64,000 nt of DNA, from positions 10,414-74,413 of the forward strand of contig JAYTOU010000016.1 of NCBI GenBank assembly GCA_043747615.1. Direction: 5' to 3'. Below are positions 48,091 through 58,039 of this stretch, piece after piece (the stretch's first letter is position 1; every line of letters begins with the position of its first letter). The notes beneath the pieces were generated by a model. It did not search any database. It was not told where the DNA came from and was given only the letters and a program-made list of their open reading frames with translations. Position numbers and translations under genes: made by a program. This DNA is from Myxococcales bacterium (GTDB lineage: Bacteria > Myxococcota_A > Polyangia > Polyangiales > Polyangiaceae).

Positions 48091-49002
48091 TTAGCGCGCG
48101 GCTTCGAGGATCTGGCGGACCACACGCACGGGGTCGTCACTCGTCACGGCGCGAACCATGCGGGCGCCGCGCGCCACCAAATCGGCTTCCCAGGTTCGTT
48201 GAAGCTCGGCGAGCGCTGCGAGGTAGCTGTCGCGTGTCGTCTCCACGTCGGTCTCCACAACGACGCTGCCTTCGAGCGACCGGAAGCGGACGGTGCCTTG
48301 AAAGGGCAATGTCGCTTCGTCCGGATCGAGGGTTTGCACGACGACGACGACGCGCCCACGCGAAGCGATGGATGCAATGCGATCCGCGGAGCCGTCCGGC
48401 AGATCGAGGAGATCGCTGAGCACCACCACGATCGAGCCACGACGTGCCGCACGGGCGATGCCTCCGAGGCCGCGATCGAGCATCGCCAGGTCGGCGCGGA
48501 TGTCCCCGCCGGCGTCTGCCACTTCTAGTGAGGCCACGATGCGGTCGAAGGCCTCGTGACCGCCGGAAACAGGTAGATTTCGAGTCGACTCGCTGCCGCC
48601 GAAAAACGTGAGCCCGACCGGATCGCCGTTGCCGATTGCCAGGCGAGCGAGAGCTGCGCCGACCAAGGCACACCAGGCAAGCTTTGCTCCCGGAGCGCGT
48701 TCACCGCGGTACGCCATGGAGGCGGTCGCATCGATGACCAAGCGGAGCGCGCGATCGGTCTCGGTCTCGAACTGACGGACGAGGAGGCGATCGTGAAGAA
48801 GGAGCGAGCGTCGATCGAGCCAGCGGAGATCGTCGCCAGGCGTGTACGCGCGGTGCCCGCCGAACTCGACGCCTGCACCCCTCCGCGCACTTCGGTGCGC
48901 CCCCGCGTAGACACCTTCGGCAACGAGGCGTGATCGGAGCTTGAGAGGCGCGAGACTTCCCCAGTCGAGCTGCTTGCGAATGCTCCGCGCCGGCGTCGCC
49001 AT
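48091..49002 (-). CDS. DUF58 domain protein (MoxR-associated)
   Basis: Start at MATPARS. GAHRS..RGAGVEF..HRAYTPGDDLRWLD, DATASM and VVLSDL motifs. Confidence 0.9.
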   Translation of the reverse strand: MATPARSIRKQLDWGSLAPLKLRSRLVAEGVYAGAHRSARRGAGVEFGGHRAYTPGDDLRWLDRRSLLLHDRLLVRQFETETDRALRLVIDATASMAYRGERAPGAKLAWCALVGAALARLAIGNGDPVGLTFFGGSESTRNLPVSGGHEAFDRIVASLEVADAGGDIRADLAMLDRGLGGIARAARRGSIVVVLSDLLDLPDGSADRIASIASRGRVVVVVQTLDPDEATLPFQGTVRFRSLEGSVVVETDVETTRDSYLAALAELQRTWEADLVARGARMVRAVTSDDPVRVVRQILEAAR

Positions 49003-49004
49003 GG

Positions 49005-51236
49005 CTAAGGGAGTCCGACCTCGGGCACCGGGCCAGTCACATGAATGCGCGGACCGTCGAGCATGTCGCGGGTGAGCGCGACCTCCATGAGATCGACTCC
49101 GCCGGCCGTGAGCACTTGCTTGAGCGTCGACTCGGCTCCGCGTGCATCGCCCGACGCACGGCGGTCGAGCGCCGCGTAGAACAGCGCTTCCGTTTTCTGG
49201 GCCGGAGTCTTCGCGCTCGAAACGAGCTCGTCGGCCTTGATGCGACCGCCGCCAAACGCAGCCAGGCGACCGATCCAACGACCGTCGTCGACGATGGAAG
49301 CGAAGACGCGCTCGGAGCCGCCGTCCGTCGTGGCGTGCACCTGCTTTTCGATGAAACGCACCCACAGCGCGAGGTAGATCAAGTCCTCTTCTTCGAGATC
49401 AGCGGCGACTGCGCGCTTCAATCCGTCGCGCCCGGACAATAGATCTCCGCGGAGCAGAGCGCGCCCGACCATGATGCCGAGGGTGGCCGAGGCTTGACCT
49501 TTGTCGCGCGGCGCCGCATCGAACGCGCGTTCCAAGGCTTTTTGGGCCGGCTTCTCGGCGCCGAAGCGATCGAGCACCTTGGCGAGCACACGTTCGAGGC
49601 GAGCTCGTTCGTCCGAATCGGCCGGTGGTCCGGAGCGCGCGCGAACGAGATCCTTGAGTGCGTCTGCGAGCGAGGCGCGAGCCGCTGCAGCGTCACCCCC
49701 TTGGCGCGCAATGTCACTCAACGTGAGGAGGATCTCCGCTCGGAGCGGAGCGTCTTTCGCGACGTCGGGCGCGAGGAGCGACTCCTTCAAGTGGGCGACG
49801 GCCGCCGGGATCCGGCCTTCGTAGCGCTCGATGCGCGCCAGCGTAGAGAGCACTGCTCCCGACTTTTCGGTCTGCGAAGCTTGGTTGAGGAGCACGCTCG
49901 CTTGCGCAATCCGACCTTCGCGCAGCTCGATCTCGCCCATCATGGCTCGTACCTGCGCCGAGCTCGGCTGCAGCTTGCCCGCGAGGGCCGGTGCATCTGC
50001 GAGGGCGAGAAGCGGGAGCGCCGCTGCGTACGCACGTCGCGCCGCACTGGCGTCCTGAGCTTCGACCTCTAGCCCCATCGCGTGAATCGCGATCGCGAGC
50101 ACACCGCTGATGGTGCGTGGATCGTCGTGTGCGCGTGCCGCTTGAAGAAGGATCGCGGGGCTGGCTTCCGCCATTCCGTATTCCTGAAGCCCCGCGGCCA
50201 CCGCGCCCGCCGCTTCCGGGAGCGAAGGATCGAGACGGTAGGCCTCCATTGCCACCCCGAACGCCGCTGCTCGGATCAGCTCGCGGTCGTCCATATTTTC
50301 TTCTTCACCGGGTGCGCCGTCACCTTGCGCGGGCCTCAACGCGTGGAGGAGATCGAGCCAACGCTGGGCATCTTTCGGCTTGTCTACGGCGGCCTCGAGC
50401 GCCTGCACCAGATCGTGACGCACGAGCTCACTCGATTGCGAGCGCAGAGGATCGACGGCCTTCAGCGCGCCTCGAGCGTCTCCGTCACGAAGGTAGATTG
50501 CGGCAAGGGTGGTCCCGCCCGACTGAAGCGCGCGACCAACTTCGAGCCCCTCTTCACGCGGCGGACGCGTGCGCTCTGCACGCGCTTTTACCAGAAGCTC
50601 CAGGGCCTTCTCGACCCACTGTCGCGTTCGCGAATTTGCATCTTCGAGGGCGACGTCACTCGGCTCGAGGAGGCGCCTGGCCACGGCCATGGTCTCGAGA
50701 GCGCCCGCGCTCTGCACCGGACCGGCGGACGCCGCGGTGTCTTTCGTCCACGAGGCGAGCGCGTCGAGGTGACGCTGGATTTCGCGCTTTTCGGCATCGG
50801 CTGAGACGCGAAGTAAGATCTCGTAGACCGCGCGGGCCCGTCCTTCGTCACCGCGTGCTGCAAGCTCGCGCGCAGCGGGAACGAGAGCATCCCGCCAGCT
50901 CGAAGAGAGCATCGTCGGCTTGAGCTCGCGGGTGTGGAGGAGATAGAGCCCGCCGGTCACCGCAGCGAGCCCGCCGTCAACGGAGTGCGCTTTAAAACGC
51001 GCCGACGCACGCGACATCTGCCGCGCTTCGATTCCCGCGAGGCGCGCTCCGCGTTCCGGCGAGCCAGGTTCACTCGCGAGAAGATCGCGCACCGCAGAGG
51101 CAAAACCATCTTCGCTGACCGCTACGTTGGGTGCCGTGGATCGCTCCCCGTGGCCCGGATGTTCGCCCGCGGGGAGCCCGCCTCCGCCACAACCGACGAG
51201 GAGCGATGAAAGAATGATCAGCAAGGCTTTGCGCAT
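49005..51236 (-). CDS. TPR-like helical lipoprotein
   Basis: Start at MRKALLIILSSLLVGC (lipobox). Ala/Leu-rich helical repeats. Confidence 0.72.
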   Translation of the reverse strand: MRKALLIILSSLLVGCGGGGLPAGEHPGHGERSTAPNVAVSEDGFASAVRDLLASEPGSPERGARLAGIEARQMSRASARFKAHSVDGGLAAVTGGLYLLHTRELKPTMLSSSWRDALVPAARELAARGDEGRARAVYEILLRVSADAEKREIQRHLDALASWTKDTAASAGPVQSAGALETMAVARRLLEPSDVALEDANSRTRQWVEKALELLVKARAERTRPPREEGLEVGRALQSGGTTLAAIYLRDGDARGALKAVDPLRSQSSELVRHDLVQALEAAVDKPKDAQRWLDLLHALRPAQGDGAPGEEENMDDRELIRAAAFGVAMEAYRLDPSLPEAAGAVAAGLQEYGMAEASPAILLQAARAHDDPRTISGVLAIAIHAMGLEVEAQDASAARRAYAAALPLLALADAPALAGKLQPSSAQVRAMMGEIELREGRIAQASVLLNQASQTEKSGAVLSTLARIERYEGRIPAAVAHLKESLLAPDVAKDAPLRAEILLTLSDIARQGGDAAAARASLADALKDLVRARSGPPADSDERARLERVLAKVLDRFGAEKPAQKALERAFDAAPRDKGQASATLGIMVGRALLRGDLLSGRDGLKRAVAADLEEEDLIYLALWVRFIEKQVHATTDGGSERVFASIVDDGRWIGRLAAFGGGRIKADELVSSAKTPAQKTEALFYAALDRRASGDARGAESTLKQVLTAGGVDLMEVALTRDMLDGPRIHVTGPVPEVGLP

Positions 51237-51294
51237 CGATCGCGATTCTACACGCGCGCGAGGGAAGTGGCCCGTCGGTGTTGGGCCTTGTCGA

Positions 51295-52431
51295 CTAGAA
51301 TCGTGCGCCAACCGCCAGACGAAGGGCGATGAAGCGGGCATCGAAAACCGGGTTCGTGGGAACGGGACCGGTGTTCGTGTCGGTGCTCTTGAAGGGCGCG
51401 ACCGGAATGAGCAAGCCCACGAGCGGGGTCACCGGACCGAGGTGAAAGCGCACTTGGGGCTCGAGGATCGCGAGGACGCTGCTGTCCCGATCCTCTTTGT
51501 CGAAGGCAACGTTGAGCCAAACGCGGGCGCCGACGTCGAGCCACTCTTTGAGCTCGTAGGTGGCTCGAAGGCCGACGGTGACCTCGCCGAGGTACGTCTT
51601 TTTGAGTGTGCTCGACGCGCTGAGCAGGTTGTCCATCTTGACGAACGGCTCGAGCTCGAGCTTCTTTGATCGGTACTCGAGCGCAAGCTCGGGAACGATG
51701 CCGAATCGTCGCGCCGCGAACATGGCGTTCTCTTCGTTGCCACGCGATGCGCCGGCCGCGCGAAGAATGGAGAAGCGATCGAGCGCCTCATGATTGCGGG
51801 CCGCGGTAGGCTCTGCGTTGATCTCCTCCGCTTCCGGAGTCTCCAGACCGGCTGACGTGGGGAGCGCGAGTCCGAGCGTCGGAAGTAGCTTGAGCTTCTT
51901 CGAGAGCTCGATCTCGGTTCCGACGGCGACCTCGATGTTGCCGAAGGTGGTGGCGCCGCGGATGTTCTTCAGCCCGCCCGGAGTGAGCACGCCGTGTACG
52001 AGCGGGATGCGCGCGCCGACCCTGAGCTTGGGACTGACCCAGTAGCCGAAGCCGAGGATGTACGAGTCGCTCGAGACCTTGGTGTTGTCGAGCGTTTGGC
52101 TCGGCACCGTTCCGAAGGTGGAGGGCGAGGTTTGGTTGACTGCGGGGACTTTCCCGAAGCCAAAGACGGCGTCGAGGCCGATTTCGAACTTCTTCTCGGT
52201 CTCTTTGCCTTCGCCTTCGCCGGCCTCGCCCGCCTCGGCGCCGCCGATCTCGACGTGGCCTTCTTCTTTTTTCCCGTCGGCCTTGTCGAGGTCGCCGTGT
52301 GCATGCGCGCTTCGCCCAGCCGTCACGGCTAAAGCGAGAACCAAAACCTTCAACGCGCTCAATCGCCGCGCGGGCTTCAACGCGCTCAATCGCCGCGCGG
52401 GCTTCGTCACCAACGTTGTCGAGGTCCTCAT
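51295..52431 (-). CDS. Secreted, probable outer-membrane beta-barrel protein
   Basis: Signal peptide ending AHA, acidic linker, amphipathic strands and a C-terminal ...LAVGARF. Confidence 0.7.
   Translation of the reverse strand: MRTSTTLVTKPARRLSALKPARRLSALKVLVLALAVTAGRSAHAHGDLDKADGKKEEGHVEIGGAEAGEAGEGEGKETEKKFEIGLDAVFGFGKVPAVNQTSPSTFGTVPSQTLDNTKVSSDSYILGFGYWVSPKLRVGARIPLVHGVLTPGGLKNIRGATTFGNIEVAVGTEIELSKKLKLLPTLGLALPTSAGLETPEAEEINAEPTAARNHEALDRFSILRAAGASRGNEENAMFAARRFGIVPELALEYRSKKLELEPFVKMDNLLSASSTLKKTYLGEVTVGLRATYELKEWLDVGARVWLNVAFDKEDRDSSVLAILEPQVRFHLGPVTPLVGLLIPVAPFKSTDTNTGPVPTNPVFDARFIALRLAVGARF
52348..52405. repeat. Exact 27-bp tandem duplication
   Basis: cttcaacgcgctcaatcgccgcgcggg twice plus cttc. 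Encodes KPARRLSAL twice. Confidence 0.95.
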
Positions 52432-52590
52432 GCGTACGATCTCCCGCATCCCCTTTCGCATCGTGCAAGGTGCTCTGGCAAGCCGCCTCTTTAGGGACAG
52501 CCCCATTTCGCCATGTTGGCGGTCATTTTCCTGAGAATTGCCGAGGGAAACATGGTCTGCACGTGACGCTCTAGGGATAGAGTCGTGGCC

Positions 52591-53976
52591 ATGGCCCGCG
52601 CGCATCTTCTCGTCGTCGATGACGAGCCTTCGATCCTCACCACTCTTCAGAAGGCGCTCACCCTCGAGGGATACGGCGTGGACGTCGCCGGAGGCGTCAA
52701 GGTCGCCGAGGAGAAGCTCAAGAAGCGCAGCTACGATCTATGTCTTTTCGACGTAACGCTGCCCGATGGCGACGGTCTCGAGCTCCTGCAACACCTCCGC
52801 GCGGCGAAGAACGACACGCCGGTGATCATGATGAGCGGACACGCCACCATCGACACCGCTGTCCGCGCGACCCGGCTCGGTGCCCTCAATTTTCTTGAAA
52901 AACCCCTCAATACCGACGCGCTCCTCATCTCCGTGGAGACGGCGCTTCGCCTCGATCGCGCGGAGGCAGAGGCGAAGGCGCTGCGCGTGGCCTCGGGTGC
53001 GTCAGGCGATCTGGTGGGGGACAGTGCGCCGATCAAGAAGCTGCTCGAGCAGATCGGGCGCGCGGCGAAGAGCGCTGCGAGCGTGCTGGTCACGGGCGAA
53101 CGGGGAACCGGAAAAGAGCTCGTGGCGCGCGCCATCCACCAGATGTCGCCGCGCGCGAAAGGCCCGCTCGAGAAGCTGAATTGTGCGGCGCTCCCCAGCG
53201 AGCTGATCGAGAGTGAGCTCTTCGGCCACGAGGCGGGAGCCTTCACCGGAGCGACGAAGCAGCGGCGCGGAAAATTCGAGCGCGCGAGCGGAGGCACACT
53301 CTTTCTCGACGAGGTGGGGGACATGCCGCTGGCGATGCAAGCCAAGCTGCTGCGCGTCTTGCAAGAGCGAGAGATCGAGCGCGTGGGCGGGAACGAGACC
53401 ATCAAGGTGGACGCGCGGGTGGTCGCCGCGACGAACCGCGATCTCACTCTGGCCTGCGAAAAAGGGAGCTTTCGGGCCGATCTCTACGATCGTTTGAACG
53501 TCGTGCCTCTCGCCATTCCGCCGCTCCGTTCGCGGCGCGAGGACATCCCGGTGCTGGGGCGTCACTTTCTCGATCTCGCCGCGCGCGCCAACGACCGGCG
53601 TGACATGCGCATCACCGATGAAGCCGTCGCGGTGTTCGCGGCGTACAGCTTTCCGGGGAACGTGCGCGAGCTTCGCAACCTCATCGAGCGATTGGTGATC
53701 CTTACTCCCGACAACGTGATCAACGCCGAGGACGTACGCAACTGCCTCCCCGGCGGCGGCGCGCCGAAGGCCACCGGTCTGTTCCGCCCGGGCGTTCCCT
53801 TTCGCGTTCTCGTCGAAGAGGCGGAGCGCGTGATCTTGCAAGACGCCGTGGCGCATCACGGCGGGCAGATGGCGGCGACAGCGCGGGCCCTCGATTTGGA
53901 ACGCAGCCACCTCTACAAAAAAGCGCGGGCTCTCGGGCTCCGCGGGGACAAAGCCGATCCAGACGACGAGCCGTAA
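52591..53976 (+). CDS. NtrC/NtrX-family sigma54 response regulator
   Basis: Receiver domain (VVDDE, FDV.LPD, EKP), GERGTGKE, GAFTGA and HTH. Confidence 0.93.
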   Translation: MARAHLLVVDDEPSILTTLQKALTLEGYGVDVAGGVKVAEEKLKKRSYDLCLFDVTLPDGDGLELLQHLRAAKNDTPVIMMSGHATIDTAVRATRLGALNFLEKPLNTDALLISVETALRLDRAEAEAKALRVASGASGDLVGDSAPIKKLLEQIGRAAKSAASVLVTGERGTGKELVARAIHQMSPRAKGPLEKLNCAALPSELIESELFGHEAGAFTGATKQRRGKFERASGGTLFLDEVGDMPLAMQAKLLRVLQEREIERVGGNETIKVDARVVAATNRDLTLACEKGSFRADLYDRLNVVPLAIPPLRSRREDIPVLGRHFLDLAARANDRRDMRITDEAVAVFAAYSFPGNVRELRNLIERLVILTPDNVINAEDVRNCLPGGGAPKATGLFRPGVPFRVLVEEAERVILQDAVAHHGGQMAATARALDLERSHLYKKARALGLRGDKADPDDEP

Positions 53977-54096
53977 GATTTCGCGGCCCCTCGCGGGGGC
54001 TCGCAGTCCGTCACGAGTAGGTGACGCTCGTACCTATTTGATTTGCGCCGTGAACGCTGCCCCCGCGTTGGAACAGCTGGTGCTAGGCGTGAAGGG

Positions 54097-55638
54097 ATGC
54101 CTAGAGCCTCCCTGCCCGCCCTCGTTGGCCTCCTGCTGTTCGCGGGGGCTGGCTGCAGCTCGGAATCCCAGGTCGCCACGCCGTCCACGCCGGGCCCGCT
54201 CACTCGAGCGTTTGCGGCGAGCGCGCGCGACGTCCCCCGGGATCTCCTCGTGGCCATCGCTCATGTCGAAGGGGGGCTGACCCTGCCCGCGACGCGCGAC
54301 GTCGAGGTGGCCAACGAAGTGCCCGCCGCGGGGCCTCTGCAGCTTCGGCACGGCAAGTTCGATTCGCTGGCCCGCGCCGCTGCGCTGCTTGGAACATCGG
54401 AGCTCGCGCTGCGCCAAGATTCGGACCTCGCCCTCGAAGGAAGCGCCCGCGTCCTCGCCGAGCTTGGCGCAAAAACCGGAGCGACGACTGCAGATCTTTC
54501 CAGCTGGAAGTCCGCCATCGAGGAGATGAGCGGCTACGCGGACGACATCCACCGTAGCGAGTACGCGCACCGCATCTTCGCCACTCTCGCCCGCGGAGGG
54601 ACGTTCGTCGGCCGCGACGGAGAGACGATCACGCTCGCCCCGCAAGACATCCCGCTCGCTCTGTCGCTGGATCTTTCGACCACCCTCCGCTTGCAGTCGG
54701 GGATGTCAGAGTACGGGCCCGCCGAGTGGATCCCGACGAGCTGCGCGGGGAAATGCACCCTGGGGCGCGCGGGAGGCCCCGTGGATCGCGTCGTCATCCA
54801 CGACACCGAGGGGAGCTGGGACGCGAGCGTCGCCACGCTTCAGAACGACCCCGGAAAGAGCGTGCAGTACATCGTCGGCATCGACGGACGCGTGGGGCAG
54901 TTCATCTCCGAAGCCGACACCGCGTGGCACGCCGGAAATCAGTTCTACAACCAGCGGTCCGTCGGCATCGAGCACGTCGGCACGGCGGCGACCCCGTACC
55001 CGGAGAAACTCTACGCGGCGAGCGCGCTCCTCGTCGCCCGTCTAACCGCGAAATACTCCATTCTCAAGGATCGCTCGCACATCGTTGGCCACGAAGGCGT
55101 GCCCAACGGAAGCTTGATCCCCCAGAGCGACCCGCCGTGCATGCTCAGCCCGAAAGCGTGCGAGGCAAGCAACAACTACGGCGGCGCCTCGAACCACCGC
55201 GATCCGGGCGACTGGGAATGGGCCACGTACATGGCGCGGTTTGGCGGCGTCGCGAAGTGCGATGACGTCACTGCACTATGGAGCTGCAACAACGATCGCA
55301 ACCAGGCCTTCCGCTGCGCGAAGGGAGCGGTCGAAGTCGTCGCCTGCGATGCCCCCGGCGCGTGCGAGAAGAAGGCGAGCGGCCAGGACGATCTTTGCCA
55401 CGCGCTGGCCAAGCCCCCCACCGCGGGTGACGCGGGTGTCGACCCGGGCGGCACGCCTGCGATGCCCGCAGCTGCTTCGGTCGCCGATGCCTCCGCGGAC
55501 GGCGCTCAGCCCGGCGAGCCGAGCGGATGCAGCGCTGCGCCCACGCGGTCGACCAATCATTCAGGGGAGCTTGCGTTCGCGATCGGTTTGGGCTTGCTCC
55601 TCGGAGCGCGGCGAAGATCGCAGTTTTCGTCGCCCTAG
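54097..55638 (+). CDS. N-acetylmuramoyl-L-alanine amidase (Amidase_2) with lipobox and MYXO-CTERM-like tail
   Basis: GAGC lipobox. VIHDTEG, AWHAG, SVGIEH, IVGH and HRDPG motifs. C-terminal SGCSAAP...hydrophobic...RRR. Confidence 0.85.
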   Translation: MPRASLPALVGLLLFAGAGCSSESQVATPSTPGPLTRAFAASARDVPRDLLVAIAHVEGGLTLPATRDVEVANEVPAAGPLQLRHGKFDSLARAAALLGTSELALRQDSDLALEGSARVLAELGAKTGATTADLSSWKSAIEEMSGYADDIHRSEYAHRIFATLARGGTFVGRDGETITLAPQDIPLALSLDLSTTLRLQSGMSEYGPAEWIPTSCAGKCTLGRAGGPVDRVVIHDTEGSWDASVATLQNDPGKSVQYIVGIDGRVGQFISEADTAWHAGNQFYNQRSVGIEHVGTAATPYPEKLYAASALLVARLTAKYSILKDRSHIVGHEGVPNGSLIPQSDPPCMLSPKACEASNNYGGASNHRDPGDWEWATYMARFGGVAKCDDVTALWSCNNDRNQAFRCAKGAVEVVACDAPGACEKKASGQDDLCHALAKPPTAGDAGVDPGGTPAMPAAASVADASADGAQPGEPSGCSAAPTRSTNHSGELAFAIGLGLLLGARRRSQFSSP

Positions 55639-55662
55639 CGAACGTGGCATGATGCTCGGCGA

Positions 55663-56979
55663 ATGATGGATTCCATTCGCTTCTTCGCGGCCACGGACGT
55701 CGGGCGCGTACGTGATCACAATGAGGACAACTTCCTCGTCGACAAGAAGCTCTCTCTCTTCATCGTTGCGGATGGAATGGGAGGACACGCCGCCGGCGAG
55801 GTGGCGAGCGCCATTGCCGTACGGGTGGTTCACGAAGAGATCAAGAACGAGAAGGAGCTCCTCGCGGACTACGTCTCGGGTGCCACCGGCGCTTCGAAAG
55901 TCACTACCAAGGACATCATCGCGCTCCTCGAGCACGCCGTCCTCCGGGCTTGCGCAAAGATCCACGAGGAGGCCCAGGCCGACGTAGCGAAGCGCGGCAT
56001 GGGGACGACCCTCAGCGCCATCATGCTGCTCGGCACGCAGGGCTTCATCGTTCACGTCGGGGACAGCCGCATATACATGATGCGCACCGGCAAGGTTCAG
56101 CAGGTCACCGAAGATCACACCGTCTACAACGAGCTCGTCAAACGCGGAAAGCTCTCGCTCGAGCAAATCGAAAAGGTCGCCCACAAGAACGCCATCGTCC
56201 GCGCGGTCGGGGTCTACGAGCGGGTCGAGGTCGACACCTTGATGATCGAAGTCCTCCCGGGCGACGTGTTCGTCCTCGCGAGCGACGGGCTCACCGGCTA
56301 CCTCGAGTCCGTCGAAGAGCTCTCCCTGCACCTCAACACGGCAGGCGATCAAGCCGCGAAAACGCTGATCGATCTCGCCAACGAGCGCGGCGGCAAGGAC
56401 AACATCACGGCCCTCATCGTCAAGGTCGGAGCGGATGGAGCGGCCGACGACGCCCGCGCGCGCCGCTTGGCCCTCAAGCGCGACGTGCTCGCCAAGATGC
56501 CCCTCTTCGCGCGGCTTACGGAGCGTGAGCTCCTGCGCGTGATGCAAGCCGTCGAAGTGCGCGCGTACGACGACGGGGTCAACGTGATCCAAGAAGGCGA
56601 CCGCGGCGACGAGCTCTTCATCGTGCTCGAGGGGCAAGTGCGCGTCTCTCGCGGAGGCTCCACGCTCACCCATCTTGGTCCCGGAGAGCACGTTGGCGAA
56701 ATGGCGCTCATCCGCAGCGTCCCGCGCTCGGCAACCGTGACGGCTGAAGGCCCCGCAGAGCTCATCGCCATTCGCCGCGTCGATTTTTTCGAGATCCTCC
56801 GGAAAGAGCACGAGCTCGCGGTGAAGATGCTCTGGCAGTTCTTGGGCGTCCTCGCCGATCGCCTCGATGCGACGAGCAGCGACCTCCGTCACGCGAAAGA
56901 AGAGCTCTCCGCCGAGGACATCACCTCCGATATTTTTGCGGTGCGTGAGGATCCAACGTCGCCATTCCAGGTGCGGTGA
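55663..56979 (+). CDS. PP2C-type Ser/Thr phosphatase fused to a cyclic-nucleotide-binding domain
   Basis: TDVGRVRDHNED, VADGMGGH, VGDSR, SDGL and GGKDNIT motifs, then GEHVGEMAL...PRSATV. Confidence 0.92.
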   Translation: MMDSIRFFAATDVGRVRDHNEDNFLVDKKLSLFIVADGMGGHAAGEVASAIAVRVVHEEIKNEKELLADYVSGATGASKVTTKDIIALLEHAVLRACAKIHEEAQADVAKRGMGTTLSAIMLLGTQGFIVHVGDSRIYMMRTGKVQQVTEDHTVYNELVKRGKLSLEQIEKVAHKNAIVRAVGVYERVEVDTLMIEVLPGDVFVLASDGLTGYLESVEELSLHLNTAGDQAAKTLIDLANERGGKDNITALIVKVGADGAADDARARRLALKRDVLAKMPLFARLTERELLRVMQAVEVRAYDDGVNVIQEGDRGDELFIVLEGQVRVSRGGSTLTHLGPGEHVGEMALIRSVPRSATVTAEGPAELIAIRRVDFFEILRKEHELAVKMLWQFLGVLADRLDATSSDLRHAKEELSAEDITSDIFAVREDPTSPFQVR

Positions 56980-57005
56980 TGGCCGGTCCGGTGATGGCCG
57001 GTCCG
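56974..57005. repeat. 15-bp tandem duplication at a gene junction
   Basis: cggtgatggccggtc twice plus cg. Confidence 0.9.
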
Positions 57006-57968
57006 CTCATGGACGGCGCGCTCAGGATCTGCCTGCTTTTTCCGTTGATCGTCGCTGGGTGTGAGGACGGGCCGAAGAAGGCGTACGACGCGGGGGCCGG
57101 GCGAGGCGACGTCCCGAGCGCGACCTCGGTTCCTGCTCAACGCCTCGAAGGCCAGAGCAAGCCGCGCGTGAAGCTGCCGTGTCGTGCGATAGCGGTCGCG
57201 GGTGGCGTGAAGTTCTTTCCGTCGCTCGATGCGATGGGCGGCAAAAGTGACGCCGGGACCGCTCTCGCCATCATGGACACCCTGCCCGCAGGCTCGTTCG
57301 TCGACCTACCCGAAGGCGGAAAAGTCACGGTGAAGAGCCCGCTCACTTCGCGCGAAACGGCCTTCAAGGGGCCGGCGCGGGGCATGTTCTGCGTCGACGA
57401 CGACGAGAAAAGTTGGCTGCTCGACGGAACGTTCGAGAGCTCGATGGGCGCTGGCGAATCCCCTGGCTCCGAAGAGTGGGTCTTCTCTCCTCTGGGCGTC
57501 GTTCGGTACGGCTCGAGCAACCTGACCATGACGGCAAGTCATCGTCGTCTGGAGGTCGCGGTGATCGGGGGCAGCGCTTCGCTCTACGTTCCGACGTTCG
57601 CTTCCGAGTCACCCGCCGCGTCCGCCGAAGCTGGGTCCGTAGCGGGCGAGCGATGGCGACGCGCGGATACAGGATTTTCCGTGGCGCTCACCCCGAAAGA
57701 GGAGAGAGCGGACGACCGGCGCGCAGCCGACGTAGCGGGCGCGTGCGCAACCCAGGCCGTCTTCACCCACAAGATCGCGCTGAGCCTGGCGAGCCACGAC
57801 ACGGCCCTCGCAACGGCCGCAAACGCCCACGTCCTCGCACGGCGAGAAGCCCGCGCCCTCTGCGGAATGGCGGCGCTCTGGGTGACGACCCTGCCGGCGT
57901 CCGTCAAGCGGACCGAGCTAGCGGAGAAGGTCGCAAAGGCGAACGAAGAGTGGCAAAAAATCGATTGA
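56976..57968 (+). CDS. Hypothetical lipoprotein (FecR-like beta domain possible)
   Basis: Lipobox VAGC, a beta-rich middle region (SPLGVVRY) and a helical C-terminus. The start is uncertain. Confidence 0.65.
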   Translation: MMAGPVMAGPLMDGALRICLLFPLIVAGCEDGPKKAYDAGAGRGDVPSATSVPAQRLEGQSKPRVKLPCRAIAVAGGVKFFPSLDAMGGKSDAGTALAIMDTLPAGSFVDLPEGGKVTVKSPLTSRETAFKGPARGMFCVDDDEKSWLLDGTFESSMGAGESPGSEEWVFSPLGVVRYGSSNLTMTASHRRLEVAVIGGSASLYVPTFASESPAASAEAGSVAGERWRRADTGFSVALTPKEERADDRRAADVAGACATQAVFTHKIALSLASHDTALATAANAHVLARREARALCGMAALWVTTLPASVKRTELAEKVAKANEEWQKID

Positions 57969-57995
57969 AGCCACTTGCGTCTGGCCTCCCTGAGG

Positions 57996-58025
57996 TTGAC
58001 ACGCGAAACCCCCGCCCGTTAGCGT
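57996..58025 (+). promoter_or_regulatory. Candidate sigma70 promoter
   Basis: TTGACA-18 nt-TAGCGT upstream of the ATG at 58040. Confidence 0.5.
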
Positions 58026-58039
58026 GACTCGGCAAGCCA

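Noticed and set aside
53981..54004. GC hairpin after the NtrC-like gene as a terminator
   Set aside because: The stem is short and imperfect and has no U tract.
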